A DNA stretch of 64,000 nucleotides from Myxococcota bacterium (GTDB lineage Bacteria > Myxococcota_C > UBA6777). The DNA lies in NCBI GenBank assembly GCA_023150835.1, contig JAKLKB010000004.1, positions 62,001 to 126,000 of the forward strand, read 5' to 3'. Position numbers and translations under genes: made by a program. Shown one piece after another: positions 28,394 through 36,677 of the stretch. Every line of letters starts with the position of its first letter. Within the stretch, counting starts at the first letter, position 1. Below the pieces are notes generated by a model. The model was given only the letters and a program-made list of their open reading frames with translations, made no database searches and was not told the DNA's origin.

Positions 28394-30952
28394 ATGTTGC
28401 CCTTTTTCAAACGAGCTTTTTTTTCTTTGACTGCCTGTTGCCTTCTTTTTGCCTTCAACCTCTTCTTCACCCATTGCGGTCCCGAAAAACGCGCATGCAC
28501 CGACAACAGCGCTTGCCTCGGCGATGAGATCTGCAACCAAGGCTTTTGCAAAACCCCCTGCCAAAGCAACAATGACTGCCTTGGCGATCAGACCTGCACA
28601 AGCGGCATTTGCCGAAACGCTTGCAGCAGCAGCAACGATTGTCTCGGCGATCAAGCCTGCATCGCGGGCCTCTGCCAAGATGCCCTCGGCGACGGCGGTC
28701 TCCCAGACGGATCATGCCAACCCACCACCTGCAACAAAGAAGGTAAGAATTGCGGCCAGATCTCCGATCGTTGTGGTGGTACGATCTCTTGTGGCGATTG
28801 CAAACAGGGCGAAACGTGCGGAGGCTCCGGCACGCCCAACCTTTGCGGGGTGGGGACTTGTACGCCCAAAGACTGCCAAGCACAAGGTATCTCTTGCGGG
28901 CAAGCCAACGATGGTTGCGGCAATCTCCTCAACTGCGGGTCTTGTGATGTCTGCGATCCATCATGCCCGCAAAGCTACTCGTGCAAACAAGGCGTCTGCA
29001 TCGAAGGCGACCCGAACAACCTCAAACTCGAAGCCAGATCTTACAACATCGGAGGAAGTGTGCTCTTGAATGGCGAAACACCCCGCATTATCGGCGCGCA
29101 CTGCACTCCCGAATCCGAAGATGAAGCCATCCTTGTGCGCTTTCTCGAAGACACTTTCAAGTACAACACCTTCACAACGATCTCTTGCAAACAACTCTTC
29201 ACCCAAAAAGCCGCACTCTTCTCGATCGCCCTCTATCCCGGGACGTACCGCGTGCAAGTCGGTGGCCGCAACCAAAGCACACACTTTCCCCAAGCCGAAC
29301 AGGTCATCCTTACCGCCTTCAAAGTCGAACAGCACAAAAGCGATCTCAAACTCGAAGCCAGATCTTACAACATCGGAGGAAGTGTGCTCTTGAATGGCGA
29401 AACACCCCGCATTATCGGCACGCACTGCACTCCAGAATCCGAAGATGAAGCCATCCTTGTGCGCTTTCTCGAAGACACCTTCAAGTACAACACCTTCACA
29501 ACGATCTCTTGCAAGCAACTCTTCACCCAAAAAGCCGCACTCTTCTCGATCGCCCTCTATCCCGGGACTTATCGGGTACAAGTCGGTGGCCGCAACCAAA
29601 GCACAAACTTTCCCCAAGCTGAACAGGTCATCCTTACCGCCTTCAAAGTCGAACAACACAAAAACGATCTCAAACTCGAAGCCAGATCCTACAACATCGG
29701 TGGCAGTGTTCTGCTCAACAACGAGATGCCCCGCATTATCGGGGCGCACTGCACTCCCGAATCTGAAGATGAAGCCATCCTTGTGCGCTTTCTCGAAGAC
29801 ACGTTCAAGTACAACACCTTCACAACGATCTCTTGCAAACAACTCTTCGCCCAAAAAGCTGCCCTCTTCTCGATCGCCCTCTATCCCGGGACGTATCGGG
29901 TACAAGTCGGTGGCCGAAACCAAAGCACAAACTTTCCCCAAGCCGAACAAGTCATCCTTACCGCCTTCAAAGTCGAGCAACACAAAAACGATCTCAAACT
30001 CGAAGCCAGATCCTACAACATCGGAGGAAGTGTTCTGCTCAACAACGAGATGCCCCGCATTATCGGGGCGCACTGCACTCCCGAATCCGAAGATGAAGCC
30101 ATCCTTGTGCGCTTTCTCGAAGACACTTTCAAATACAACACCTTCACAACAATCTCTTGCAAACAACTCTTCGCCCAAAAAGCTGCCCTCTTCTCGATCG
30201 CCCTGTACCCGGGGACGTATCGGGTACAAGTCGGTGGCCGAAACCAAAGCACCCATTTTCCCCAAGCCGAACAGGTCGTCCTCACCGCCTTCAAAGTCGA
30301 GCAGCACAAAAGCGATCTCAAACTCGAAGCCAGATCTTACAACATCGGAGGAAGTGTGCTCTTAAACGGCGAAACACCCCGCATTATCGGGGCGCATTGC
30401 ACCCCCGAATCCGAAGATGAAGCCATCCTTGTGCGCTTTCTCGAAGACACTTTCAAGTACAACACCTTCACAACGATCTCTTGCAAGCAACTCTTCGCCC
30501 AAAAAGCTGCCCTCTTCTCGATCGCCCTGTATCCCGGGACGTACCGCGTACAAGTCGGTGGCCGAAACCAAAGCACTCATTTTCCCCAAGCCGAACAGGT
30601 CGTCCTCACCGCCTTCAAAATCGAGCAACACAAAAGCGATCTCAAGCTCGAAGCCAAGAGCCACAACGTCAACGGAAGTGTGCTCTTGAATGGCGAAACA
30701 CCCCGCATTATCGGCGCGCACTGCACTCCCGAATCCGAAGATGAAGCCATCCTTGTGCGCTTTCTCGAAGACACCTTCAAGTACAACACCTTCACGACGA
30801 TCTCTTGCAAGCAACTCTTCACCCAAAAAGCCGCCCTCTTCTCGATCGCCCTCTATCCCGGCATCTACCGCGTGCAAGTCGGTGGTCGCAACCAAAGCAC
30901 ACACTTTCCCCAAGCCGAACAGGTGATCGTGACACGGCTACGCATCCCTTGA
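28394..30952 (+). CDS. Cys-rich lipoprotein with six near-identical 108-aa Ig-like repeats
   Basis: Signal ending FTHC; Cys-rich N-terminus; LKLEARSYNIGGSVLLNG...LYPGTYRVQVGG six times. Confidence 0.85.
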   Translation: MLPFFKRAFFSLTACCLLFAFNLFFTHCGPEKRACTDNSACLGDEICNQGFCKTPCQSNNDCLGDQTCTSGICRNACSSSNDCLGDQACIAGLCQDALGDGGLPDGSCQPTTCNKEGKNCGQISDRCGGTISCGDCKQGETCGGSGTPNLCGVGTCTPKDCQAQGISCGQANDGCGNLLNCGSCDVCDPSCPQSYSCKQGVCIEGDPNNLKLEARSYNIGGSVLLNGETPRIIGAHCTPESEDEAILVRFLEDTFKYNTFTTISCKQLFTQKAALFSIALYPGTYRVQVGGRNQSTHFPQAEQVILTAFKVEQHKSDLKLEARSYNIGGSVLLNGETPRIIGTHCTPESEDEAILVRFLEDTFKYNTFTTISCKQLFTQKAALFSIALYPGTYRVQVGGRNQSTNFPQAEQVILTAFKVEQHKNDLKLEARSYNIGGSVLLNNEMPRIIGAHCTPESEDEAILVRFLEDTFKYNTFTTISCKQLFAQKAALFSIALYPGTYRVQVGGRNQSTNFPQAEQVILTAFKVEQHKNDLKLEARSYNIGGSVLLNNEMPRIIGAHCTPESEDEAILVRFLEDTFKYNTFTTISCKQLFAQKAALFSIALYPGTYRVQVGGRNQSTHFPQAEQVVLTAFKVEQHKSDLKLEARSYNIGGSVLLNGETPRIIGAHCTPESEDEAILVRFLEDTFKYNTFTTISCKQLFAQKAALFSIALYPGTYRVQVGGRNQSTHFPQAEQVVLTAFKIEQHKSDLKLEAKSHNVNGSVLLNGETPRIIGAHCTPESEDEAILVRFLEDTFKYNTFTTISCKQLFTQKAALFSIALYPGIYRVQVGGRNQSTHFPQAEQVIVTRLRIP
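29021..30949 (+). repeat. Six 324-bp tandem coding repeats
   Basis: Units start at 29021, 29345, 29669, 29993, 30317 and 30641. Confidence 0.95.
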
Positions 30953-30996
30953 TTGCGGAAAAAAGCCCCACAAACACCCTCCCACCGCGAATTCCC

Positions 30997-32724
30997 CTAT
31001 CCATGACGATGAACCAACAGCACTCCTTCAAACGGTCGCAATCGCGTAGGTCTCGACACAAGCAGCGCAGCCTCGGACAACATCGGCAACGCCACACCGC
31101 GATCCAACCAAGCCACTTCCTCGACGCTCGCCTCCAAAGAAGAAAACCAAGCCAAAGGCGCATCTCCCACAGGTAACGCCTGTTCTTGTGTTCCAAAGTT
31201 TAACCAGATCTCCGCCCGCCAAGCCTCTCCCGCCAAGCTTCGCTCATAACCAAGCAACATCCGCCGACTGCGTTGATCTTCGAACAAGCGCATCTCACCC
31301 CGCGCCAAACAAGGCAACAGCCGCCGCCAATGCAACAAGCGGCGATAACACCACAGCAACGAATTCGGATCTTTGCGCTGCGCTTCGACGTTGACGCGCC
31401 GAAAGTTCGGATGCACAGGAAGCCACGTCTTTTCTTTCGTACCAGAAAAGCCCGCGTGATGGCCATCTTCCCATTGCATCGGACTACGGCAGACGTCGCG
31501 ATGGACAAACAATCCCATCCGCTTCATCCAAGGCCACAACAGATCAGGCACCCAGCCATAATGATGCGCCAGCGGATCGAGCGAAGACGAAAACGGCGTA
31601 TCCAGCGATGTCATCCCGATCTCTTCGCCGTAGTAAAGAAACGGCACACCACGCGCCGTCAACTGCACAAAGGCCAATAGCGCCGCCCGACGGGGATCTC
31701 CGTCAAGTCGATCGATCGATCGTGCGCGATCATGGTTCCCAAACACCCATGTCGGCAACAGCGGCGGCGCAAAGTGTTGTTCGTACTCCGCAATCAACGC
31801 TCGAAACGCTTCTGCTCGAAACGCCGTTCGCATCGCTCGAAACAAAAAGACCAGATGCAAACCATCGGCATGTTCGCCACAATAACGCTTGAGCGCTTCG
31901 GGAGAGCCAAAGACTTCGCCGACCAAAAAGCGCGAAGGATGGCTGTAGCTATCTAACACAGCCCGAAGCTCTTTGGAAAAAGCCAAGGTATCGGGATGAT
32001 CGATGGTGTGCAGCGGTCGTTGGAAAAATCCTTCGGGGCTGTCTTCGCTTGGAAAAGGTCGCCAAGATCGCGGATTATCCGCAAAAGAAGCATCTTTGAA
32101 GATCGCATTAAAGATATCCAACCTGAAACCATCGACGCCTTGATCCAACCAAAAACGCACATGATCCAACATGGCCCGTTTGACTACAGGATTCCGATAA
32201 TTCAGATCAGGCTGAAAAGGTAAAAAAGTGGCCCAATACCACTGCTCGGTTTGTTCTTCGTAATGCCATCCACTGCCGCCGATCATCGAACGCCAGTTGT
32301 TGGGGGGCTTTTTCCCGTCTTTCCCGCGCCCATCGCGCCACAAATACCAATCGCGCTTGGGATCATCGCGGTGACTGCGTGATGCCTCAAACCAAGCAGA
32401 ATCCGAGGATGTGTGGTTCATCACCATGTCCATCACCAAACGCATCCCTTGTGCATGAACGGCCTCGATCAGCCGCTTCATCGACTCCATCGTCCCATAT
32501 TCGGGCGCGATCGCTCGATAGTCGCTGATATCATAACCAAAGTCGCGTTGTGGACTCGCATACACGGGCGACAACCACAGCGTCTCGACTCCCAACCACT
32601 TGAGATATCCCAGACGCTGCAAGATCCCTTCGATATCCCCGATGCCATCGCCATCTGCATCCATAAACGAACGCGGGTAGATCTGATACACCGTCGTGGC
32701 TTTCCAGTCCTCACGCACTTCCAT
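30997..32724 (-). CDS. GH13 alpha-glucosidase / oligo-1,6-glucosidase
   Basis: YQIYPRSFMD, DMVMNHTS, QPDLNY, GFRLD, GEVFG, GNHD, YYGEEIGM. Confidence 0.93.
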   Translation of the reverse strand: MEVREDWKATTVYQIYPRSFMDADGDGIGDIEGILQRLGYLKWLGVETLWLSPVYASPQRDFGYDISDYRAIAPEYGTMESMKRLIEAVHAQGMRLVMDMVMNHTSSDSAWFEASRSHRDDPKRDWYLWRDGRGKDGKKPPNNWRSMIGGSGWHYEEQTEQWYWATFLPFQPDLNYRNPVVKRAMLDHVRFWLDQGVDGFRLDIFNAIFKDASFADNPRSWRPFPSEDSPEGFFQRPLHTIDHPDTLAFSKELRAVLDSYSHPSRFLVGEVFGSPEALKRYCGEHADGLHLVFLFRAMRTAFRAEAFRALIAEYEQHFAPPLLPTWVFGNHDRARSIDRLDGDPRRAALLAFVQLTARGVPFLYYGEEIGMTSLDTPFSSSLDPLAHHYGWVPDLLWPWMKRMGLFVHRDVCRSPMQWEDGHHAGFSGTKEKTWLPVHPNFRRVNVEAQRKDPNSLLWCYRRLLHWRRLLPCLARGEMRLFEDQRSRRMLLGYERSLAGEAWRAEIWLNFGTQEQALPVGDAPLAWFSSLEASVEEVAWLDRGVALPMLSEAALLVSRPTRLRPFEGVLLVHRHG

Positions 32725-32783
32725 GCTCGCACCTTTCCTTCTGTGTGCTACAATACCGCCTTGAAAGAAGGAGATCTCTCAAA

Positions 32784-34124
32784 ATGGCCCAGACCTACTT
32801 TGCTACCACGCTACCCGGCTTAGAAGAAGCCCTCCAACTCGAACTGCGCGCCATGCGCTGCAAACATACGCAGATCGTCTTGGGCGGTGTCGAGTTTGAA
32901 GCCACCCGAAAGGGCCTCTACACCGCCCTTTACACCACACGTTGCGCGCATCGGATACTGCTGCGCCTTGATGATTTTCGCGCAGGCGACCTCTTCACCC
33001 TCCATCGCAAAACCCAACGCATCGAATGGTCGCGTTATCTCCCGCCCCATGCGCCTTTGCAACTGCACATCACCAGCCACCGTTCCCGCCTCCACAGCCG
33101 CGATGCCATCGAACGCACCCTGATCGACGCCCTCCAAGACGCCCTCCCCAAAGCCCCGCCGATCCCGTCTCGTTCTTTGGAGGACGACGCATCGCCTCAT
33201 CTCTCTTCGGACGAAGCCAATCTATCGGACACAACAAACCCTTCGCGCTCCTTGCAAAACGCCGACGCATCGCCTCATCCACGCTCCTTGCAAAACGCCG
33301 ACGCATCGCCTCATCCACGCTCCTTGCAAAACGCCGACGCATCGCCTCATCCACGCTCCGCCCAACAAGACAGCCCATTCGGTTTGTGGGTTCGTGTCGA
33401 AGAAGACCGCTGCACCTTGAGTTTCGATACAACAGGGCCGTTGCTCTACCAACGCGGTTGGCGCACAGCCACAGGCGAAGCACCCCTGCGCGAATCCATC
33501 GCTTGCGCTTTGTTGTGGCTGCTTGGTTGGACGCCTGCGCAGCCTCTTGTCGACCCTGTCTGCGGCTCGGGAACTTTTCTGATCGAAGCAGCCCGCCTAC
33601 AAGCCGCCCTCCCTCCGCGCTTACCGCGTCCTTATCTTGTCCAGCGTTGGCCTGACTTTGACCCCGCCCTCTGGGAAGAAGTCTTGCGCGCTCCGTTGCT
33701 TCTTCCGCGCTGGAAAGCGCACAACCCACCGCCAACCGAACCCTCGCAACTGTGGGGATTCGACCACGATCCCAACGTCATCGGATACGCCAAGCAAAAC
33801 GCTCTTCGTGCCGAGGTTTCCCCGCTCACCCAGTTCTCGACGCGCTCCCTTGACGCCCTGCTCCCCCCCACCCCAAACGCAGGCTTCCTGATCGCCAACC
33901 CCCCTTACGGAAGACGCCTCTCCCGAAAAACACCACAACAAAAAGGCGCAGAGCAAGTCTTACTTCGACGCTTTGCTGACCACTTCACGGGATGGCGGAT
34001 GGGCTTGCTCTTGCCCCGCGATATCACGCCACAACACCCCGCCCTCCAAGCCCAAGAGATCGCTCGCTTTCGCAACGGTGGTTTCCCCGTGACCTTTTGG
34101 CGGCTCTCTCACCCACCCTCATAA
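32784..34124 (+). CDS. THUMP-domain RNA methyltransferase (RlmL/YpsC-like) with internal tandem-repeat insertion
   Basis: ATTLPGLE, LYQRGWR..GEAPLRES, DPVCGSGTFLIEA, NPPYGRRL. Confidence 0.88.
   Translation: MAQTYFATTLPGLEEALQLELRAMRCKHTQIVLGGVEFEATRKGLYTALYTTRCAHRILLRLDDFRAGDLFTLHRKTQRIEWSRYLPPHAPLQLHITSHRSRLHSRDAIERTLIDALQDALPKAPPIPSRSLEDDASPHLSSDEANLSDTTNPSRSLQNADASPHPRSLQNADASPHPRSLQNADASPHPRSAQQDSPFGLWVRVEEDRCTLSFDTTGPLLYQRGWRTATGEAPLRESIACALLWLLGWTPAQPLVDPVCGSGTFLIEAARLQAALPPRLPRPYLVQRWPDFDPALWEEVLRAPLLLPRWKAHNPPPTEPSQLWGFDHDPNVIGYAKQNALRAEVSPLTQFSTRSLDALLPPTPNAGFLIANPPYGRRLSRKTPQQKGAEQVLLRRFADHFTGWRMGLLLPRDITPQHPALQAQEIARFRNGGFPVTFWRLSHPPS
33246..33359 (+). repeat. 36-bp in-frame VNTR (RSLQNADASPHP x3)
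   Basis: Three perfect copies plus a degenerate copy at ~33171. Confidence 0.95.
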
Positions 34125-34194
34125 GGAGATCGCTGTGTATCGACGCCTATTCTTTCTTTCTCGCTCACTTTTCCGTATCATCCATTCCGATCGT

Positions 34195-34361
34195 ACCCCT
34201 TTTTCTGGGGCGCTGCCCCACACCCCTTTTTCTGGGGCGCTGCCCCACACCCCTTTTTCTGGGGCGCTGCCCCACACCCCTTTTTCTGGGGCGCTGCCCC
34301 ACACCCCTTTTTCTGGGGCGCTGCCCCATTCCCCGCAAGGGAGCGCGGCTCCCTTGACCCC
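34195..34361 (-). repeat. Five 27-bp tandem hairpin units fused to a family B element core
   Basis: ACCCCTTTTTCTGGGGCGCTGCCCCAC x5, then CCCCGCAAGGGAGCGCGGCTCCCTTGACCCC. Confidence 0.93.
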
Positions 34362-35036
34362 GTGCATGGCTTTTTTTATTTATTACTTCAAGTCTGTTAT
34401 TTCATAAGATTTTTTCTTGTATTATTCTTTTTCCTGCCTCCAACCGCCGTCTCTGCAAAAGGTCTATTGGCCGACTGCCTCAAACGCTGCACAGACCGAC
34501 AACAACAACGCTATCTCCGTTGCTTGCAAGATCAGCCTTCTTCTCCCACCTCCCCATGCCTTCGACCTTCCGAAGCTCTCTGCCACTCACGCTGCCAACA
34601 ATACGTCGCCCACTCCCGCGACCGCGAGCGCCATCTTTGTACGCAACAATACATCCTGCGGATGCGCTTGTGCCAAGATCTCCGCCCCTCCGAACAGCGC
34701 GCCTGTCGGCAATTTGCCATCCAACAAAAACGCCGTTGCCTCAAACCTTGTCTCCCTGCCCCCGCAGAATCCGACGTTTTGCGATGCCTCAGATATTGCA
34801 ACCAGTTCCAGTCCAAAAAGCTGCTTCGATGCAAACGCTTGCGCCTCTTGCCCCGCTTGCGCCGCCTCTGCGAACAACGCTACCGCGAAGAATACGACCG
34901 TTGCATCCACCTCTGCAAGCGCCCGTCTGCCCTCACCCCGCCCACTTCCCTTCCCTCCCCCACTTCCCTTCCCTCCCCCACTTCCCTTCCCCTGCGCGCT
35001 CTTCCGTCCTCCCCCACCTCCCGACCTGTGTGGTGA
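34362..35036 (+). CDS. Exported cationic Cys-rich protein (CxxxC helical repeats)
   Basis: Hydrophobic N-terminus ending VSA; CLKRC, CHSRC, CLRYC, CIHLC; Arg-rich; PTSLPS x3 tail. Start uncertain. Confidence 0.6.
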   Translation: MHGFFYLLLQVCYFIRFFLVLFFFLPPTAVSAKGLLADCLKRCTDRQQQRYLRCLQDQPSSPTSPCLRPSEALCHSRCQQYVAHSRDRERHLCTQQYILRMRLCQDLRPSEQRACRQFAIQQKRRCLKPCLPAPAESDVLRCLRYCNQFQSKKLLRCKRLRLLPRLRRLCEQRYREEYDRCIHLCKRPSALTPPTSLPSPTSLPSPTSLPLRALPSSPTSRPVW

Positions 35037-35039
35037 TCC

Positions 35040-36545
35040 ATGAAAACAAAGCTTACCTTCGTCCTGTTGCTAAGCGTGTGTTTGTTCCATTGCAGCGAAC
35101 ATCTCCCCGTTTGTCGGTCTTCGATGGACTGCCACGCGGGCTTTGTTTGCGCAGAGGCCCAAGGTTCGACGCGGTTGCTTTGCGTGAGACTGCCCGCCCC
35201 CTCCGTATCGTCTCACAACCCTCCCGCTACCTCCCACAATCGCCGCCGCTCACAAATGCCCAACCCACCGCCCAGATCAGCTACATCTCCACCATCTCGC
35301 CAAACCGCCCCTCTGCCGTCTCCCCCAAATCAAACCGCCCCTCTGCCCTCCGCTTCTCCCAACGCGCTTTCGCCTGTGTCTCTCGCAGAAGACGCCCCGC
35401 CTTCCAACGCAAACGCTGCGGTCGATTGCTTGCCCTCACCCTACCTCCCCCCACAAGAGGCCGAAAACGGCGGCCGCACCGTCCACATCGACGCGCAAGA
35501 TCAAGCGTTGTTTCGCACCTTGCGCTTGCTTTATCACGTCGGCCAACGTTGCAGCGCGAAGATCTGGTCCGAGAGCTTTCGCATCGACCGCATCCCGAGC
35601 TACTTCGTCAACATCGGAGCCTCTTCTCCCGAGCAACAACGGCCCCTTCGAGGCTTTTTGATCAACCATCCCAACCCCCCTTCGGACGCGATCCTCGTCG
35701 ACTCACGCCAAGCCCAAGGTCTCACCAACGTGTACCTTTACAACACCCAAAAAAGGCAGATCCCCGCCCCCGGGTTCACTTTTCAGCTTCGGATCCACGA
35801 GATACCAAGCTACGCCATGCTTTATGGCGCACAAAAAAGCCTGCGCGCAGAAAGCCACTCTTTCAAACGCCTGTTGGTTCACGAGATCTTCCACCGCGCA
35901 CAGATCATCGAAAAAGCGTGGAGATACCCACACGGCATCCAAAACCGATCAGGCTATGCCTTTGACTCCCAAAGCATCGCGCTGGCTCTTTTGGAAAACC
36001 GCCTCCTTGCACGAGGACTCCAAAGCCCCCAACCTGAGCGCTTTCTGTTGCTTTTTTATGCGGTGCGTTCTTCGCGGATCATGCGAAATCCTGACCGACA
36101 AAATCGCATCGAAGACTACGACAATTATCAAGAATGGCTGGAAGGTACCGCCATGTTTGTGGAGCATCAATTCTCTCTTTATGCGGGCTTCCCATTCCAA
36201 CACAACGATCTAGAAAGCATCTCCCAACGCCTCTTGATCTTTGAACAAAACCATCGCGACCTCGACTCTAGTTTCGTGCGCGAAGGTCTTTTTGCGCGAT
36301 TTTATGGAACAGGCGCAGCCATCGGTCTTTTGCTTGATCGGTTGGGCGACACACGCTGGCGTCATGCTTGCCGCGAAGGGCGCACACTCTATCAACATCT
36401 GCAAGCTCGGTGGGGCCGTCTCTCCACCCAAAAACAGCGCGCCCTCCTTCGAGAAGCGCAACATCAACACGGAATGACCGAACTTCAACACATCGCCCAA
36501 AGCTTTTCAAAGAGGCTGCGAAGCCGTCACACCGACAACGAGTGA
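35040..36545 (+). CDS. Putative gluzincin-type metallopeptidase lipoprotein
   Basis: Signal ending LFHC; Pro linker; LVHEIFH and a downstream WLEGTA. Confidence 0.7.
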   Translation: MKTKLTFVLLLSVCLFHCSEHLPVCRSSMDCHAGFVCAEAQGSTRLLCVRLPAPSVSSHNPPATSHNRRRSQMPNPPPRSATSPPSRQTAPLPSPPNQTAPLPSASPNALSPVSLAEDAPPSNANAAVDCLPSPYLPPQEAENGGRTVHIDAQDQALFRTLRLLYHVGQRCSAKIWSESFRIDRIPSYFVNIGASSPEQQRPLRGFLINHPNPPSDAILVDSRQAQGLTNVYLYNTQKRQIPAPGFTFQLRIHEIPSYAMLYGAQKSLRAESHSFKRLLVHEIFHRAQIIEKAWRYPHGIQNRSGYAFDSQSIALALLENRLLARGLQSPQPERFLLLFYAVRSSRIMRNPDRQNRIEDYDNYQEWLEGTAMFVEHQFSLYAGFPFQHNDLESISQRLLIFEQNHRDLDSSFVREGLFARFYGTGAAIGLLLDRLGDTRWRHACREGRTLYQHLQARWGRLSTQKQRALLREAQHQHGMTELQHIAQSFSKRLRSRHTDNE

Positions 36546-36677
36546 CGTCGTCGACAAAAAAACCCCATGCTCGCGCCCGTTGCGAGCGACAAAGTTGTGG
36601 GTGTGAAAGACCCGTGATCTTTTCACCCCACAAACACGATCCAACCCTTCGCGTGCAAGAATCATAAGGAGAAGAAA

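Noticed and set aside
29021-30949. Repeated alternative-frame and antisense ORFs (e.g. 28961-30307 minus)
   Set aside because: Shadows of the 324-bp coding repeat.
34195-34328. Possible CRISPR array
   Set aside because: The 27-bp units are directly adjacent with no unique spacers; it is a tandem repeat.
34520-35965. 481-aa overlapping ORF and similar long Pro/Arg-rich shadow ORFs (51487-52983, 59357-60724)
   Set aside because: They overlap better-supported genes, have no motifs, and are explained by stop-codon scarcity in C-rich DNA.
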